The notes under the pieces are model-generated. The model was given only the letters and a program-made list of their open reading frames with translations, had not been told where the DNA came from and made no database searches. From Deferribacterales bacterium (lineage in GTDB: Bacteria; Chrysiogenota; Deferribacteres; Deferribacterales; Geovibrionaceae): a DNA stretch of 64,000 bases. Below are positions 19,534 to 29,048 of this stretch, in pieces; position 1 is the stretch's first letter, and each line of letters begins with the position of its first letter. The stretch spans positions 128,001 to 192,000 of the forward strand of contig JBFWMA010000002.1 in NCBI GenBank assembly GCA_050251875.1. Direction: 5' to 3'. The position numbers were made by a program, and so were the translations under genes.

Positions 19534-21806
19534 TGATTCATCTGGATACCCTCGAATTCGGGCTTTTCAAAAAATACATGGTCAGAGGTTTCACCTCGTC
19601 CCTTGCCGTGGGCAGGCTGGACGCGCTGAAGCCTTACTATGCTCTGGAAAAAATCGAAAAATATAAATCCGAGCTGAGCGAGGCTCTGGACTATGCTTCT
19701 GTGGCGGATATCTCCGTCAGCTCAGACGCTGAGTTCATGGCTCTCATGCCTAAGCTGAACGATCCGCTCCTTTTTCTGGAACCGGACGAGCTGATGGTTT
19801 TCTGCTCTTTTTTCAAAAATATAAGCAAAATTAAGAAAAATCTGATAGATTTCGGCGCAAAAAACCTGAAAAACTATCTTTCCGACATATCCACCCTGTC
19901 TGAGATAACCGACCGCATAGATGAGACGATCAACGACAAGGGAGAGGTGAAGGACACCGCCTCTCACAAGCTGAGAGACGTCAGGGAAGAGCTGAAAAAC
20001 GTCAGAAAACAGATACAGCGTGAGCTGGCGAATGTTTTCGGCATGAGCTCCGCCTCAAAATTCATTCAGGAACAGGTGATAACAGAGCGCAGCGGGCGTT
20101 TCACCATTCCATGTAAAACCAACTTCAAACAGTACATGCAGGGTATCGTCCACGACAGATCGGCGAGCGGTCAGACTTTTTTCGTGGAACCGTCTTCTAC
20201 CGTGGGCATGAACAACACGCTTCAGGAGTTTCTGGCCCTGGAGCGGGAAGAGACCGTCAGGATACTTAAGGAGATAGCCGACAGCATCTTTCAGAGCTAT
20301 GAGAGGATGCAGACGAGCGTCAGCGCATATACCGAGGTGGTGTTCCATCTGGAGACGGCGCAGTTCTTTAAGGGGCGTGATTTCGTGTTTCCGGAGTTTT
20401 CAGACAAAATAATATTCAGAGACGTTCATCATCCCATAATATTTCTGGAGAAGGGATCTGAGTCCGTGCCTCTGGATTTCTCCCTGTCTGACAGCGAATA
20501 CACTGCCGTGGTGACGGGACCCAACACAGGCGGTAAGACCGCCGCCCTGAAATCCATAGGGCTTAACCATGTGCTGGGCAAATGCGGGCTTCCGGTGTTT
20601 GGCAAATACGCCGAGATAATCAATTTCAGCAACATACTGGCAGATATAGGCGACAACCAGTCGCTGGTGATGGATCTGTCTACCTTTTCGGCGCATATGG
20701 TGAACATCAGGGATATTTTAAAAGCGGCGGACAAAGAGAGTCTCGTCCTGCTGGATGAGGCGGGCACAGGAACAGAGCCCAGAGAGGGAGCGGCGCTTGC
20801 CGTTGCCGTGTGCCGCAGGCTGGCGAAAAAATTAGGAAAGACCGTGGTGACGACACACTTCAGCGAGCTGAAATCATACGCTCTGACAGAAGACCACGCC
20901 GTTATATACGCAGTTGATTTCGACTATACGGACTTCAGCCCCAGATACCGCCTTTTGAAGGGCGTGTCGGGAAAATCCGACCCTCTGGTGATAGCGAAAC
21001 GGCTTAAATTCCCGCAGGATGTCATAGATGACGCCGTGGGAATGATAGAAAAACGCAAGAGCGATTCTGAGATCAGTGTCGAGGAGATCAGCAGGCTGAA
21101 CGCTGAGCTGATAGGCAAGACGAAAGATTATGAAGAGCTGAAGGCAAAGCTGGACTATCAGGAAGAATATCTGTCGCTGAGGGAGCAGGAGCTGGGGGAT
21201 AAACTGGCTAAGAAGGAGTCAGAGCTTCTGGAGGAGGCTATCCGCCTGTACAACAGAGCGAAAAGGCTGGCGGAAAAACCGCAGAAGATAAAAGATTCTG
21301 TGGATAATGAGATAAAAGAAGCTGAAGAGAAGCTGAAAAAGGTTAAAAAAGCCATAAAACCCGTGGACGAAGTGTCTGTGGGCGATGTGATACATCTGGA
21401 GAAATACGATAAATCGGGCAAGGTGCTCGCCATTGACGGCGACACTGCCAGAATGGACATAGGCGGGCTGAAAATATCCATCAAGCTCAAAGAGATAGTG
21501 GGTAAGAAAGTCAAAGAGAAGGACAAGATAAAAGAAGTTATCGTGTCCAAAGCCGTGTCCAATCAGTCGAAATATGAGGTAAACCTCATAGGGAAACGTG
21601 TGGAAGAAGCGCTGGATGAGCTGGACAAGGTGCTGGACGAAACGGTCCTGGCGGGCAGGTCTAAGCTGTATATCATCCACGGCAGAGGAACAGGACAGCT
21701 CAGGAACGGCATACAGAATTTCCTGCGCACAGACCCCAGAGTAAAGGCTTATAAGACAGCGCCGAACGAAGAGGGCGGACAGGCTGTCACCATTGCCGAA
21801 TTTTGA
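19533..21806 (+). CDS. mutS2: MutS2 (Smr-domain ATPase/endonuclease)
   Basis: GIVHD.SASGQTFFVEP, TGPNTGGKT, DIGD.QS...LSTFSAHM, TTHF, C-terminal Smr IIHGRGTG. Confidence 0.95.
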   Translation: MIHLDTLEFGLFKKYMVRGFTSSLAVGRLDALKPYYALEKIEKYKSELSEALDYASVADISVSSDAEFMALMPKLNDPLLFLEPDELMVFCSFFKNISKIKKNLIDFGAKNLKNYLSDISTLSEITDRIDETINDKGEVKDTASHKLRDVREELKNVRKQIQRELANVFGMSSASKFIQEQVITERSGRFTIPCKTNFKQYMQGIVHDRSASGQTFFVEPSSTVGMNNTLQEFLALEREETVRILKEIADSIFQSYERMQTSVSAYTEVVFHLETAQFFKGRDFVFPEFSDKIIFRDVHHPIIFLEKGSESVPLDFSLSDSEYTAVVTGPNTGGKTAALKSIGLNHVLGKCGLPVFGKYAEIINFSNILADIGDNQSLVMDLSTFSAHMVNIRDILKAADKESLVLLDEAGTGTEPREGAALAVAVCRRLAKKLGKTVVTTHFSELKSYALTEDHAVIYAVDFDYTDFSPRYRLLKGVSGKSDPLVIAKRLKFPQDVIDDAVGMIEKRKSDSEISVEEISRLNAELIGKTKDYEELKAKLDYQEEYLSLREQELGDKLAKKESELLEEAIRLYNRAKRLAEKPQKIKDSVDNEIKEAEEKLKKVKKAIKPVDEVSVGDVIHLEKYDKSGKVLAIDGDTARMDIGGLKISIKLKEIVGKKVKEKDKIKEVIVSKAVSNQSKYEVNLIGKRVEEALDELDKVLDETVLAGRSKLYIIHGRGTGQLRNGIQNFLRTDPRVKAYKTAPNEEGGQAVTIAEF

Positions 21807-21864
21807 TTGACAATATCTTCTAATTAAGTCATGCTTAACAACGTTTAGTTGAGGGAGGAGACGC

Positions 21865-22461
21865 TTGGAAGATATAGAAATCAAGATAGGTGAAAGAGTC
21901 CGTAAGATCAGAAACGAAAGAGGGCTGACCCTTCAGGACGTTGCTAATTTTACCGGCTTTTCAAAAGCTCTCATCTCTCAGATAGAAAACAATATTGTTA
22001 TGCCGCCTATAAATACCCTGGCTAAGATAGCTAAGGTTCTTAATGTCAAAATGACCTATTTTTTCGAAGAGGAGATCAACCAGAACGATTTCTTTGTCGT
22101 GCGCAACGATGACAAAAAATACATCTACAGAGAAGGCGTTAAGTACGGCTATATGTATGAGGAACTGGCGAAGGTCAAATCATTTGATTATCTGGACTGG
22201 CTGCTGGTTACCATCAAGCCGGACAGACCCAATGACAAGCTGTTCAGCCACGAGGGCTATGAGTATATGTACATAGTGAAAGGCGGGCTGAAAATGAGTC
22301 TGGGCAACGAAGTTCTGGAGCTGAAGGCGGGTGATTCCATCGCTTTCAACGCGAAAATACCCCATGCCGCTGTCACTCTGGACGACACCACGGCGCAGGT
22401 ACTCAGCGCTCACCTGAAATTAGAGACCCTGACAGAATATATCAAGAACGAGAAGGATTAA
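21865..22461 (+). CDS. XRE-family HTH plus cupin transcriptional regulator
   Basis: IGERVRKIR..RGLTLQ...SKALISQIEN; cupin HEGYEY..GDSI.F...PH; TTG start after GGGAGG; TTGACA upstream. Confidence 0.9.
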   Translation: MEDIEIKIGERVRKIRNERGLTLQDVANFTGFSKALISQIENNIVMPPINTLAKIAKVLNVKMTYFFEEEINQNDFFVVRNDDKKYIYREGVKYGYMYEELAKVKSFDYLDWLLVTIKPDRPNDKLFSHEGYEYMYIVKGGLKMSLGNEVLELKAGDSIAFNAKIPHAAVTLDDTTAQVLSAHLKLETLTEYIKNEKD

Positions 22462-23531
22462 TCCCTCTCTCTGTAGAATATAGCCAGCTCGTCCAGTCTG
22501 GACAGGCATCTGAGCAGTTTTTTCTGAAAGCTGGACTCAATAAGCTCCGGCGGAAAAATATCCGAAAGCTGACAGCTGCTTCTGATGAACAGCTTAGTGT
22601 TGTAATAGTAGCAGTGATCTACCAGCTGATTGAACCTGAGAGCGTTGTTCAGCGTGGGAAAAGGCTGTAATCCGTCTATAAAAATCGCCTCGATCGCTTC
22701 CGGTATGACGAAATAGCGAAACGGGTGGGTAGATTCCAGTATTTTTATCAGGTTATCGAAAGATATTTTTGATTTCGGCTTGGTTTCCGGCGTATACATG
22801 GCGAAAGTATCCAGAAAGCTGTCTTCCGACACTGTTTTCATCCACTGCTTGTTCCTTTTGCGGTAATCCTCGCCCTCGACTATCACGGTTTCGAAGGTGG
22901 AGGCGATTTCGCCAAGCTGTTTGGTGAAATTGTCCGTCTGGAATCTCAGCTTGCCCAGCTCTGTGGGCAGGGTGTTCGATGTGGTGATTATCAGCGTGTT
23001 TTCGTTGATCTCACGGAAGAATTTTGCCATGATATGCGTCATGGCGGGATCGTCCAGCTCGAATTCGTCTATCAGCAGGAGGCTTAGGGCGGAGAAGTGC
23101 TCTATACACTTTTCTACACCGAGATAGTGGAAGAAATAGTTCATCTCGCCGAAGCTCATGAACGCCTTATTCCCCTTCTGGCAGATGTTGTAGCATGAGC
23201 TCAAAAGGTGGGTCTTGCCTATGCCGTAGCTTCCGTCTATGTATATGTTTCTGGGTTTTCCGCTGTCCTGTTTGGGCGCTGATTTTTTCATAAAGGAGAA
23301 GAGCGATTTTGACTGTTTCGCAGGCGCCGTGTGAAACATCTTCATCTTCATGAGTGTGTCTTGCAGGAGCTGTTTGATCTGTGCCTGTGACTGATAGCGT
23401 TCATCGGGGATATAGTTGTCGAAAGTACAGCCGGAGAATTTCGGATGAGGTCTCAGGTTTTCAAAACACTGCTCAACAGAAATATCGAAGCTGAGTACGT
23501 TTAAGTCTATGTACTTTTCGGCGGTATTCAT
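22458..23531 (-). CDS. zapE: AFG1/ZapE-family ATPase
   Basis: GSYGIGKTHL, LIDEFELDDP, TTSNTLP, EGEDYR, RCLSRL. Confidence 0.85.
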   Translation of the reverse strand: MNTAEKYIDLNVLSFDISVEQCFENLRPHPKFSGCTFDNYIPDERYQSQAQIKQLLQDTLMKMKMFHTAPAKQSKSLFSFMKKSAPKQDSGKPRNIYIDGSYGIGKTHLLSSCYNICQKGNKAFMSFGEMNYFFHYLGVEKCIEHFSALSLLLIDEFELDDPAMTHIMAKFFREINENTLIITTSNTLPTELGKLRFQTDNFTKQLGEIASTFETVIVEGEDYRKRNKQWMKTVSEDSFLDTFAMYTPETKPKSKISFDNLIKILESTHPFRYFVIPEAIEAIFIDGLQPFPTLNNALRFNQLVDHCYYYNTKLFIRSSCQLSDIFPPELIESSFQKKLLRCLSRLDELAIFYRERD

Positions 23532-23598
23532 GTATAATATCTCCCGATCGCTGAAATAAGCAAAATGAATATATAAATCATAATTAAGAGAAAATCAA

Positions 23599-24372
23599 AT
23601 GCTTTCAAAGATAGAAAAAGCCGTTCTGAAGGCGGGTGAACACCTGCTGAAAGGATTTAACAGCTCAAAACAAATCAGCTTCAAAGGCAAGATAGACATC
23701 GTCACCCAATATGATGTGGAGGTGGAGAAGATTCTGCTTCAGGAGCTGTCTTTTCTGGATTCATCATACGGTTTTGTGGCGGAAGAGACCTGCAAGGAGA
23801 AGACCGACAAGAAAAACGCCGTATACATCGACCCCATAGACGGCACAACGAACTTCGTCCACGGGTTTCCTTTCTGCTGTATCTCAGTCGGCGTATATGA
23901 AGAGGGCGTAGGCAGGTACGGCATAGTGTATAATCCGGTGATGAACGAAATGTTCAAGGCGGAATACGGACAGGGGGCTTACTGCAACGGCGAGCGCATA
24001 CACTCCACACATAAAACCGATCTGAAAGACTGTCTCATCGCCACCGGATTTCCATACAGCATCGTTTATGACAAAGACCACAGGCTTTTCAGCATACTCG
24101 AATATATCCTGAAAAACACCAGAGGCATCAGGCGTGCCGGTTCTGCGGCTCTGGATTTATGCTACACAGCGAAGGGTGTTTTTGACGGGTATTATGAGTT
24201 CAACCTCAGCCCCTGGGACATAGCGGGCGGAGCCGTCATCGCTTCCGAGGCGGGGTGCAGTGTCTGCGGGCTGAAATCTCACGACTCATATGATCTGTAT
24301 GAGCAGTTCATTATGGCGGTTTCACCGGAATTATCACGCTTTCTTTATGATAAATTCAACGGGACCAAATAA
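23599..24372 (+). CDS. suhB: Inositol monophosphatase family protein
   Basis: IDPIDGTTNFVHG, RRAGSAALDL, PWDIAGG. Confidence 0.9.
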   Translation: MLSKIEKAVLKAGEHLLKGFNSSKQISFKGKIDIVTQYDVEVEKILLQELSFLDSSYGFVAEETCKEKTDKKNAVYIDPIDGTTNFVHGFPFCCISVGVYEEGVGRYGIVYNPVMNEMFKAEYGQGAYCNGERIHSTHKTDLKDCLIATGFPYSIVYDKDHRLFSILEYILKNTRGIRRAGSAALDLCYTAKGVFDGYYEFNLSPWDIAGGAVIASEAGCSVCGLKSHDSYDLYEQFIMAVSPELSRFLYDKFNGTK

Positions 24373-24665
24373 TTATTTTAAAATCAGATTATTCTTATAG
24401 TATTCAACTACTTAGCATTAAGCGAATTGTGAACACGGGGTCTTAAAAATATCTTTCATAATAATTTTTTAATTTATTAGTATATTATGATGATTTTAAA
24501 TAAATAAAACAATGCTAAAGTGTGTCAGATGATTTCACATATTGTGTCTATTAAGGACTTTTCTCAGCCTTAATTATAGACAAAAAAGTGAGATATTTCA
24601 GTAAAATACATAATTCTCAGTATTTACATGATATAATATTAGAAGTAAAGTTTCACAGTGTTTAA

Positions 24666-25262
24666 ATGACAGGTGCAACGTCTATGCGAAATGTCTTAGT
24701 CTTTAGTAAAAGCACTCTTAACAGAGAGTCTTTGACTAGTTTTATCAATGAGTTTGACAATATCGGGACAACAATTGCAACTGGCGATTTTTCAGAATTC
24801 TGTAGTGAGTATGACAAGAGCTGCCCGGATTTTGTAGTGGCTGACCTTTATTCAAGAAATAACGGTCTGGATGTTATCGGAAATATGTTGGAATTTATCC
24901 CCAGGGATAAGATCATTATTCTGACTACCGCTGATAACAGACACCTTAGCTACTATGAGAGTTATTGCGGAATTACTAATTTTGTATTTGCGGACGACAG
25001 TTTAGAGGAGATCAGGAGAGCTTTTCTATCGGCATTCGCCGGAAGATGTTACTGCGATCTGAAAAACTCCTCGGCGCTCACTGCCAGAGAGTGCGAGATT
25101 CTGAAACTTATCGCCTCGGGCAAGACCAGCAAAGAGATTGCGGACGAGCTTTGTATCAGCAAGAATACTGTAGATACCCACCGCAATAAAATGCTTCAGA
25201 AGCTGGATATCACAAACTCAGCTTCTTTGGTTCAGTTTGCTTACCGAACAGGGTTGCTATAA
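24666..25262 (+). CDS. LuxR/NarL-family regulator with atypical receiver domain
   Basis: C-terminal LTARECEILKLIASGKTSKEIADELCISKNTVDTHR. The start may be MRNVL at 24684. Confidence 0.85.
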   Translation: MTGATSMRNVLVFSKSTLNRESLTSFINEFDNIGTTIATGDFSEFCSEYDKSCPDFVVADLYSRNNGLDVIGNMLEFIPRDKIIILTTADNRHLSYYESYCGITNFVFADDSLEEIRRAFLSAFAGRCYCDLKNSSALTARECEILKLIASGKTSKEIADELCISKNTVDTHRNKMLQKLDITNSASLVQFAYRTGLL

Positions 25263-25293
25263 AAAAATGGCGGTCATAGACCGCCTGTTTTTT
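25261..25293. terminator. Bidirectional terminator between convergent genes
   Basis: A tract, then GGCGGTC-ATA-GACCGCC, then T tract. Confidence 0.7.
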
Positions 25294-25295
25294 AT

Positions 25296-25910
25296 CTATT
25301 TCAGCTTGGCTGATACCCGAGCCACATGTTCTCCCTGAAATCTCGCTATTTCGAGCTCATTTTCCGATGGAGTCCTGCTGCCGTCTGATCCGGCCAGTGT
25401 TGTGGCACCATAGGGTGTGCCTCCGGTTATTTCATTCATATTCACCAGATTTCCGCAACTGTAAGGAACGCCCACCACAATCATGCCGTGGTGAAACAGT
25501 GTGGTGTGAAAGCTGGTGATGGTGGTTTCCTGTCCGCCGTGTTGTGTTCCTGTGGAAGCGAACACACTGCCCACCTTGCCTATCAGAGCTCCCTTAGCCC
25601 ACAGACCGCCTGTCCTGTCCAGAAATCCTCTCATCTGCGCGCTCATGTTGCCGAACCGGGTCGGTGTGCCGAAGATCAGGGCGTCTGCCTCTGCCAGCTG
25701 TTCCGGCGAAATGACGGGAACATCGGCGAAAGCCTTCTGCGCCTCAAACGCTCCATATGCCTTCAGGGTGGCTTCGTCCACAGTCTCGGGGACTCTGAAC
25801 AGTTTCACTTCCGTGTCAGGCACACGGGACGCGCCTTCTGCCACTGCTTTTGCCATTTCATAAACGTGTCCGTAGAAACTGTGGAAGACGATATATACTT
25901 TATTTTTCAT
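25296..25910 (-). CDS. wrbA: NAD(P)H:quinone oxidoreductase WrbA
   Basis: [35 protein letters not shown]. Confidence 0.96.
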   Translation of the reverse strand: MKNKVYIVFHSFYGHVYEMAKAVAEGASRVPDTEVKLFRVPETVDEATLKAYGAFEAQKAFADVPVISPEQLAEADALIFGTPTRFGNMSAQMRGFLDRTGGLWAKGALIGKVGSVFASTGTQHGGQETTITSFHTTLFHHGMIVVGVPYSCGNLVNMNEITGGTPYGATTLAGSDGSRTPSENELEIARFQGEHVARVSAKLK

Positions 25911-25997
25911 GATTAACCTCTCTGTTTTTTCTTATAAGACTAAAATTGTCTCCTTAAGATAAAAGTCAATAGTAAATAGCTTAATGTCTTTTTATTT

Positions 25998-26951
25998 TCA
26001 GAGCCAGGTGCGGTGAATCAGAAAGTATGACAGAGGATAATATGCTGACAGTATGAAATAAAGCGAGTTGAACACGAAACTTGTTTTTTCGGACACGGAC
26101 GCTGATTTTTTGTCGATCAGCCCTGTGATGAATGCGGAAACACCGGAAAAAGTCCCCAGAAACAGAAGAGCGTAGAAAAGATATCCCACATAATAATATC
26201 CGCTCTGCAAGAGACAGAAAGGACAGAGATGTGTGGGGAGCTCATAAACGTATGTTCCGGTGAAGAGTATCAGTGAAACGATGGATGTGAAAAAATATAT
26301 GACGTTAGCAGTGAAATAGAGAATGTGTTTTCTGAGAAGGTAAAACACAGCCAGCAGAGCGTAGTTGACGGAAAAAATGATGAACGAGTTCCGCCCGCCT
26401 ATGGATAGAAATACTGATGATTCTGATGTGAAAAGGGTGCTGCAACAGCTCACAGGGACGGCAGGGTCTATGCCTGCGAAATTAAGAACAAAAAGCGCCG
26501 TTTCCGCCAGGAAACAGACAAACACGAACGGAATCAGAATATGTTTCAGACGGGTATATTTCAGATTTTCAGTCCTCATATCCAGACGGTTGATAACCAG
26601 CCAGACAGAGAAGAAATAGATATTAAATATTTTCATATACAGGAGAAGTTTGCCGTAAGGAGTGGCGTTCACCGAGCCGGCGGCGCACATGGCTCCGGGC
26701 AGAACGTTTGCCAGCTTATCCTCCGCATAGATAAACAGGATGAACAGAGGAATTTTCAACGCCAGAGAATATTTTATGAGGACACTCACCAGAGCGCTCC
26801 TCTTTTCCAGCCTGTACTGGCTGTCGGAGGTGCTGCCGAAATCCCAGTGTCTGATGATGCCGGATGATATGAACAGCGATAAGCTAAGAAATATCAGCAG
26901 GATCGTATCGCAGAGAAATAGTATGAAGACTTCGGGTATCAGGAAGCTCAT
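25998..26951 (-). CDS. Cys/His-motif polytopic membrane protein of unknown function
   Basis: About 9 hydrophobic segments; PGAMCAAG, VSCCS, YELPTHLCPFC; ATGA overlap with the upstream ATPase. Confidence 0.8.
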   Translation of the reverse strand: MSFLIPEVFILFLCDTILLIFLSLSLFISSGIIRHWDFGSTSDSQYRLEKRSALVSVLIKYSLALKIPLFILFIYAEDKLANVLPGAMCAAGSVNATPYGKLLLYMKIFNIYFFSVWLVINRLDMRTENLKYTRLKHILIPFVFVCFLAETALFVLNFAGIDPAVPVSCCSTLFTSESSVFLSIGGRNSFIIFSVNYALLAVFYLLRKHILYFTANVIYFFTSIVSLILFTGTYVYELPTHLCPFCLLQSGYYYVGYLFYALLFLGTFSGVSAFITGLIDKKSASVSEKTSFVFNSLYFILSAYYPLSYFLIHRTWL

Positions 26952-27598
26952 CTACCGTGTCCGATGTTGATTACTCTGGCGTGGGGCAGGGCGTCTGTCA
27001 GGGCGCTGTCGTGGGTGGCTATCACCAGAGTGCGTCCCTCGCCGGACATCTGTCTGAACGTTTCCGTCAGGCTGTCGGTCAGCTTTCTGTCCAGATTTGC
27101 CGTGGGTTCGTCCGCCAGAATGATTTTGGGATTGTTTATCAGAGCCCTGGCGATCGCCGTTCTCTGCTGTTCTCCGCCGGACAGCTTTGTGACGTTCAGA
27201 TTCGCCTTTTCAGCCATATTCAGCGTGGAGAGTATGCTCATGGCTTTCGCCGTGATATCTTTCATAGAGAGTCCTGTGGGGAGCAGAGGCACGCATATAT
27301 TCTCCACAGCGGTTAAATGCGGCAGGAGATGGTAGCTCTGAAAGATTATGCCTATGTTCTCTCTGCGGTAGACGGCGGCGAAATCTTCCTGCAGTTTGGC
27401 TATCTTTCTGCCGTCCACGGTTATGTCGCCGGATGTGGGTCTGATGAGAGCCGCCATCAGCGAGAGCAGGGTGCTCTTTCCGCTGCCGCTCTCTCCGCTC
27501 AGGATTATGGTTTCGCCCTCTTTTATCTCCAGCGAGAAGTTAGATATGGGAGAAACCCCTCCGCCGTATGTTTTGGTTACAGCGTCCATCACTATCAT
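26948..27598 (-). CDS. ABC transporter ATP-binding protein (LolD/MacB type)
   Basis: GESGSGKST, LSGGEQQR, ADEPTANLD, ATHD. Start moved to MIVMD (ATGA overlap with the permease stop). Confidence 0.92.
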   Translation of the reverse strand: MIVMDAVTKTYGGGVSPISNFSLEIKEGETIILSGESGSGKSTLLSLMAALIRPTSGDITVDGRKIAKLQEDFAAVYRRENIGIIFQSYHLLPHLTAVENICVPLLPTGLSMKDITAKAMSILSTLNMAEKANLNVTKLSGGEQQRTAIARALINNPKIILADEPTANLDRKLTDSLTETFRQMSGEGRTLVIATHDSALTDALPHARVINIGHGR

Positions 27599-28773
27599 CT
27601 GATGCTCTCCCCGGCGTCCGTAACGGCGCTCTTCCATGCCGGAATGATTACCGATGCCGTATAGACAGGCACGACCGACAGAAATATGATCGCTGTGTCC
27701 GCTATAGAAAAACTGAAAGGCAGAACAAATTCCGGGCGGAGATAGGAATATCCGGTGAATACATTCTTCAGAAGGGGAGCGTGGAAGACAAAAACATATG
27801 GAAGAGCCAGAAAAATTCCCAGCAGAAAAGCGAACACAGCCACAGCTGCCGCTTCATAAAATTTTATCTTCAGAATATCGCTCACCGTATATCCCAGCGC
27901 CTTCAGAACGGCGATCTCTTTCTGCTCTTCTCTGCCTATCCCTGTGAATCTGTCCGCCGCGATGACGAAGAAAGTGAACAGACAGACTGAGAATATCAGC
28001 AGAAATATTCCGCTTTTATAGTCGAACATGTTCTGATACATGGCTTTTATTTTTTCCTTAGTGATGATGACACAGTCGGGGTTCATTGCGGATATCTTGT
28101 CCGCTATGGTGTCTGTCTCCACAGGGTTGGGCACAAAGACGGCAATATCCGTGGCTCTGTTTTCCGCTATGCCCAGGATATCCGCCGCCGTTTCCTGATT
28201 CATCAGGATGGTGGATGACGATATCATGCCGGACTGGGGTCTGAACACGGTTCCTGTCTTCATGGTGACGTATTCGCCGTCCGGCTTCTGAAAGCTGAAC
28301 TCATCGTGGTTATATATTCTTCTGATGGTGTCTGCCAGCTTTGCCCCTGTTATCATGCCGTCCGGCTTCATCAGGGTTTCCATCCCGCCGCCTGTAACGG
28401 CGGTCTCTATGTCATTCGGCAGGTGTTCGGCGAAGACGTCCACACCTACGATGGTTATGTTCGAGTTAAGGTATTCGTATCTGTATGTGCCCCATATTCT
28501 GGGCACGGCGTAGCTGACCCCGGGGATCTCCAGCAGGGCATCGGCTGTGTCTCTGCGGATGAACTGTCTTTGTCCCGCTGTCTGCTTCTGCACTATGATG
28601 TCCGGCATGGTGTCCAGAGTGTATGAAGCCTCCAGCCTCAGAGCTCCGGTTATGTAAAACACAGACGCCGACAGAAAAATGATAAGGGTGAATATCAGAG
28701 ATATGAATATATATTTGCCCTTTCTGGCGGAGATAGAGCCGAGGGCGAATTCGAGCAGTTTCAGGTTTATCAT
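27595..28773 (-). CDS. FtsX/MacB/LolC-E-like ABC permease
   Basis: TM1, large periplasmic domain, then three TMs; KEIAVLKALGY. Confidence 0.88.
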   Translation of the reverse strand: MINLKLLEFALGSISARKGKYIFISLIFTLIIFLSASVFYITGALRLEASYTLDTMPDIIVQKQTAGQRQFIRRDTADALLEIPGVSYAVPRIWGTYRYEYLNSNITIVGVDVFAEHLPNDIETAVTGGGMETLMKPDGMITGAKLADTIRRIYNHDEFSFQKPDGEYVTMKTGTVFRPQSGMISSSTILMNQETAADILGIAENRATDIAVFVPNPVETDTIADKISAMNPDCVIITKEKIKAMYQNMFDYKSGIFLLIFSVCLFTFFVIAADRFTGIGREEQKEIAVLKALGYTVSDILKIKFYEAAAVAVFAFLLGIFLALPYVFVFHAPLLKNVFTGYSYLRPEFVLPFSFSIADTAIIFLSVVPVYTASVIIPAWKSAVTDAGESIR

Positions 28774-29048
28774 GGTCTGTATCCTCTGGAAAAAGATGAA
28801 TATGACGTGTCTGATATGAAAGGGTCATATCTGAGGATATCGGCGGGAAGATCTGATGTGAAATGTCCGCCGTCCGGTTCTTCGGAAAAGAATGAGAAAT
28901 CATTCATCATGACAGAGGCGGTGAACCCCTGTCTGTATGATATTTCGTCAGCGTTCGGAGTCCCGGTGGAACGCAGAATGACTGCCTCCGCCAGAACTCC
29001 CGCTGACAATGCTGTAATGGTTAGAATATAGAGTAAGCTCTTTTTCAT
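28770..29048 (-). CDS. Small membrane-anchored hypothetical protein
   Basis: 92 aa, N-terminal hydrophobic helix, overlaps both neighbours at start and stop codons. Confidence 0.7.
   Translation of the reverse strand: MKKSLLYILTITALSAGVLAEAVILRSTGTPNADEISYRQGFTASVMMNDFSFFSEEPDGGHFTSDLPADILRYDPFISDTSYSSFSRGYRP

Noticed and set aside
24520..24545. CRP-like site TGTCA..TCACA upstream of the LuxR gene
   Set aside because: The spacer is 7 nt rather than 6 and the background is very AT-rich, so it cannot be told from chance.
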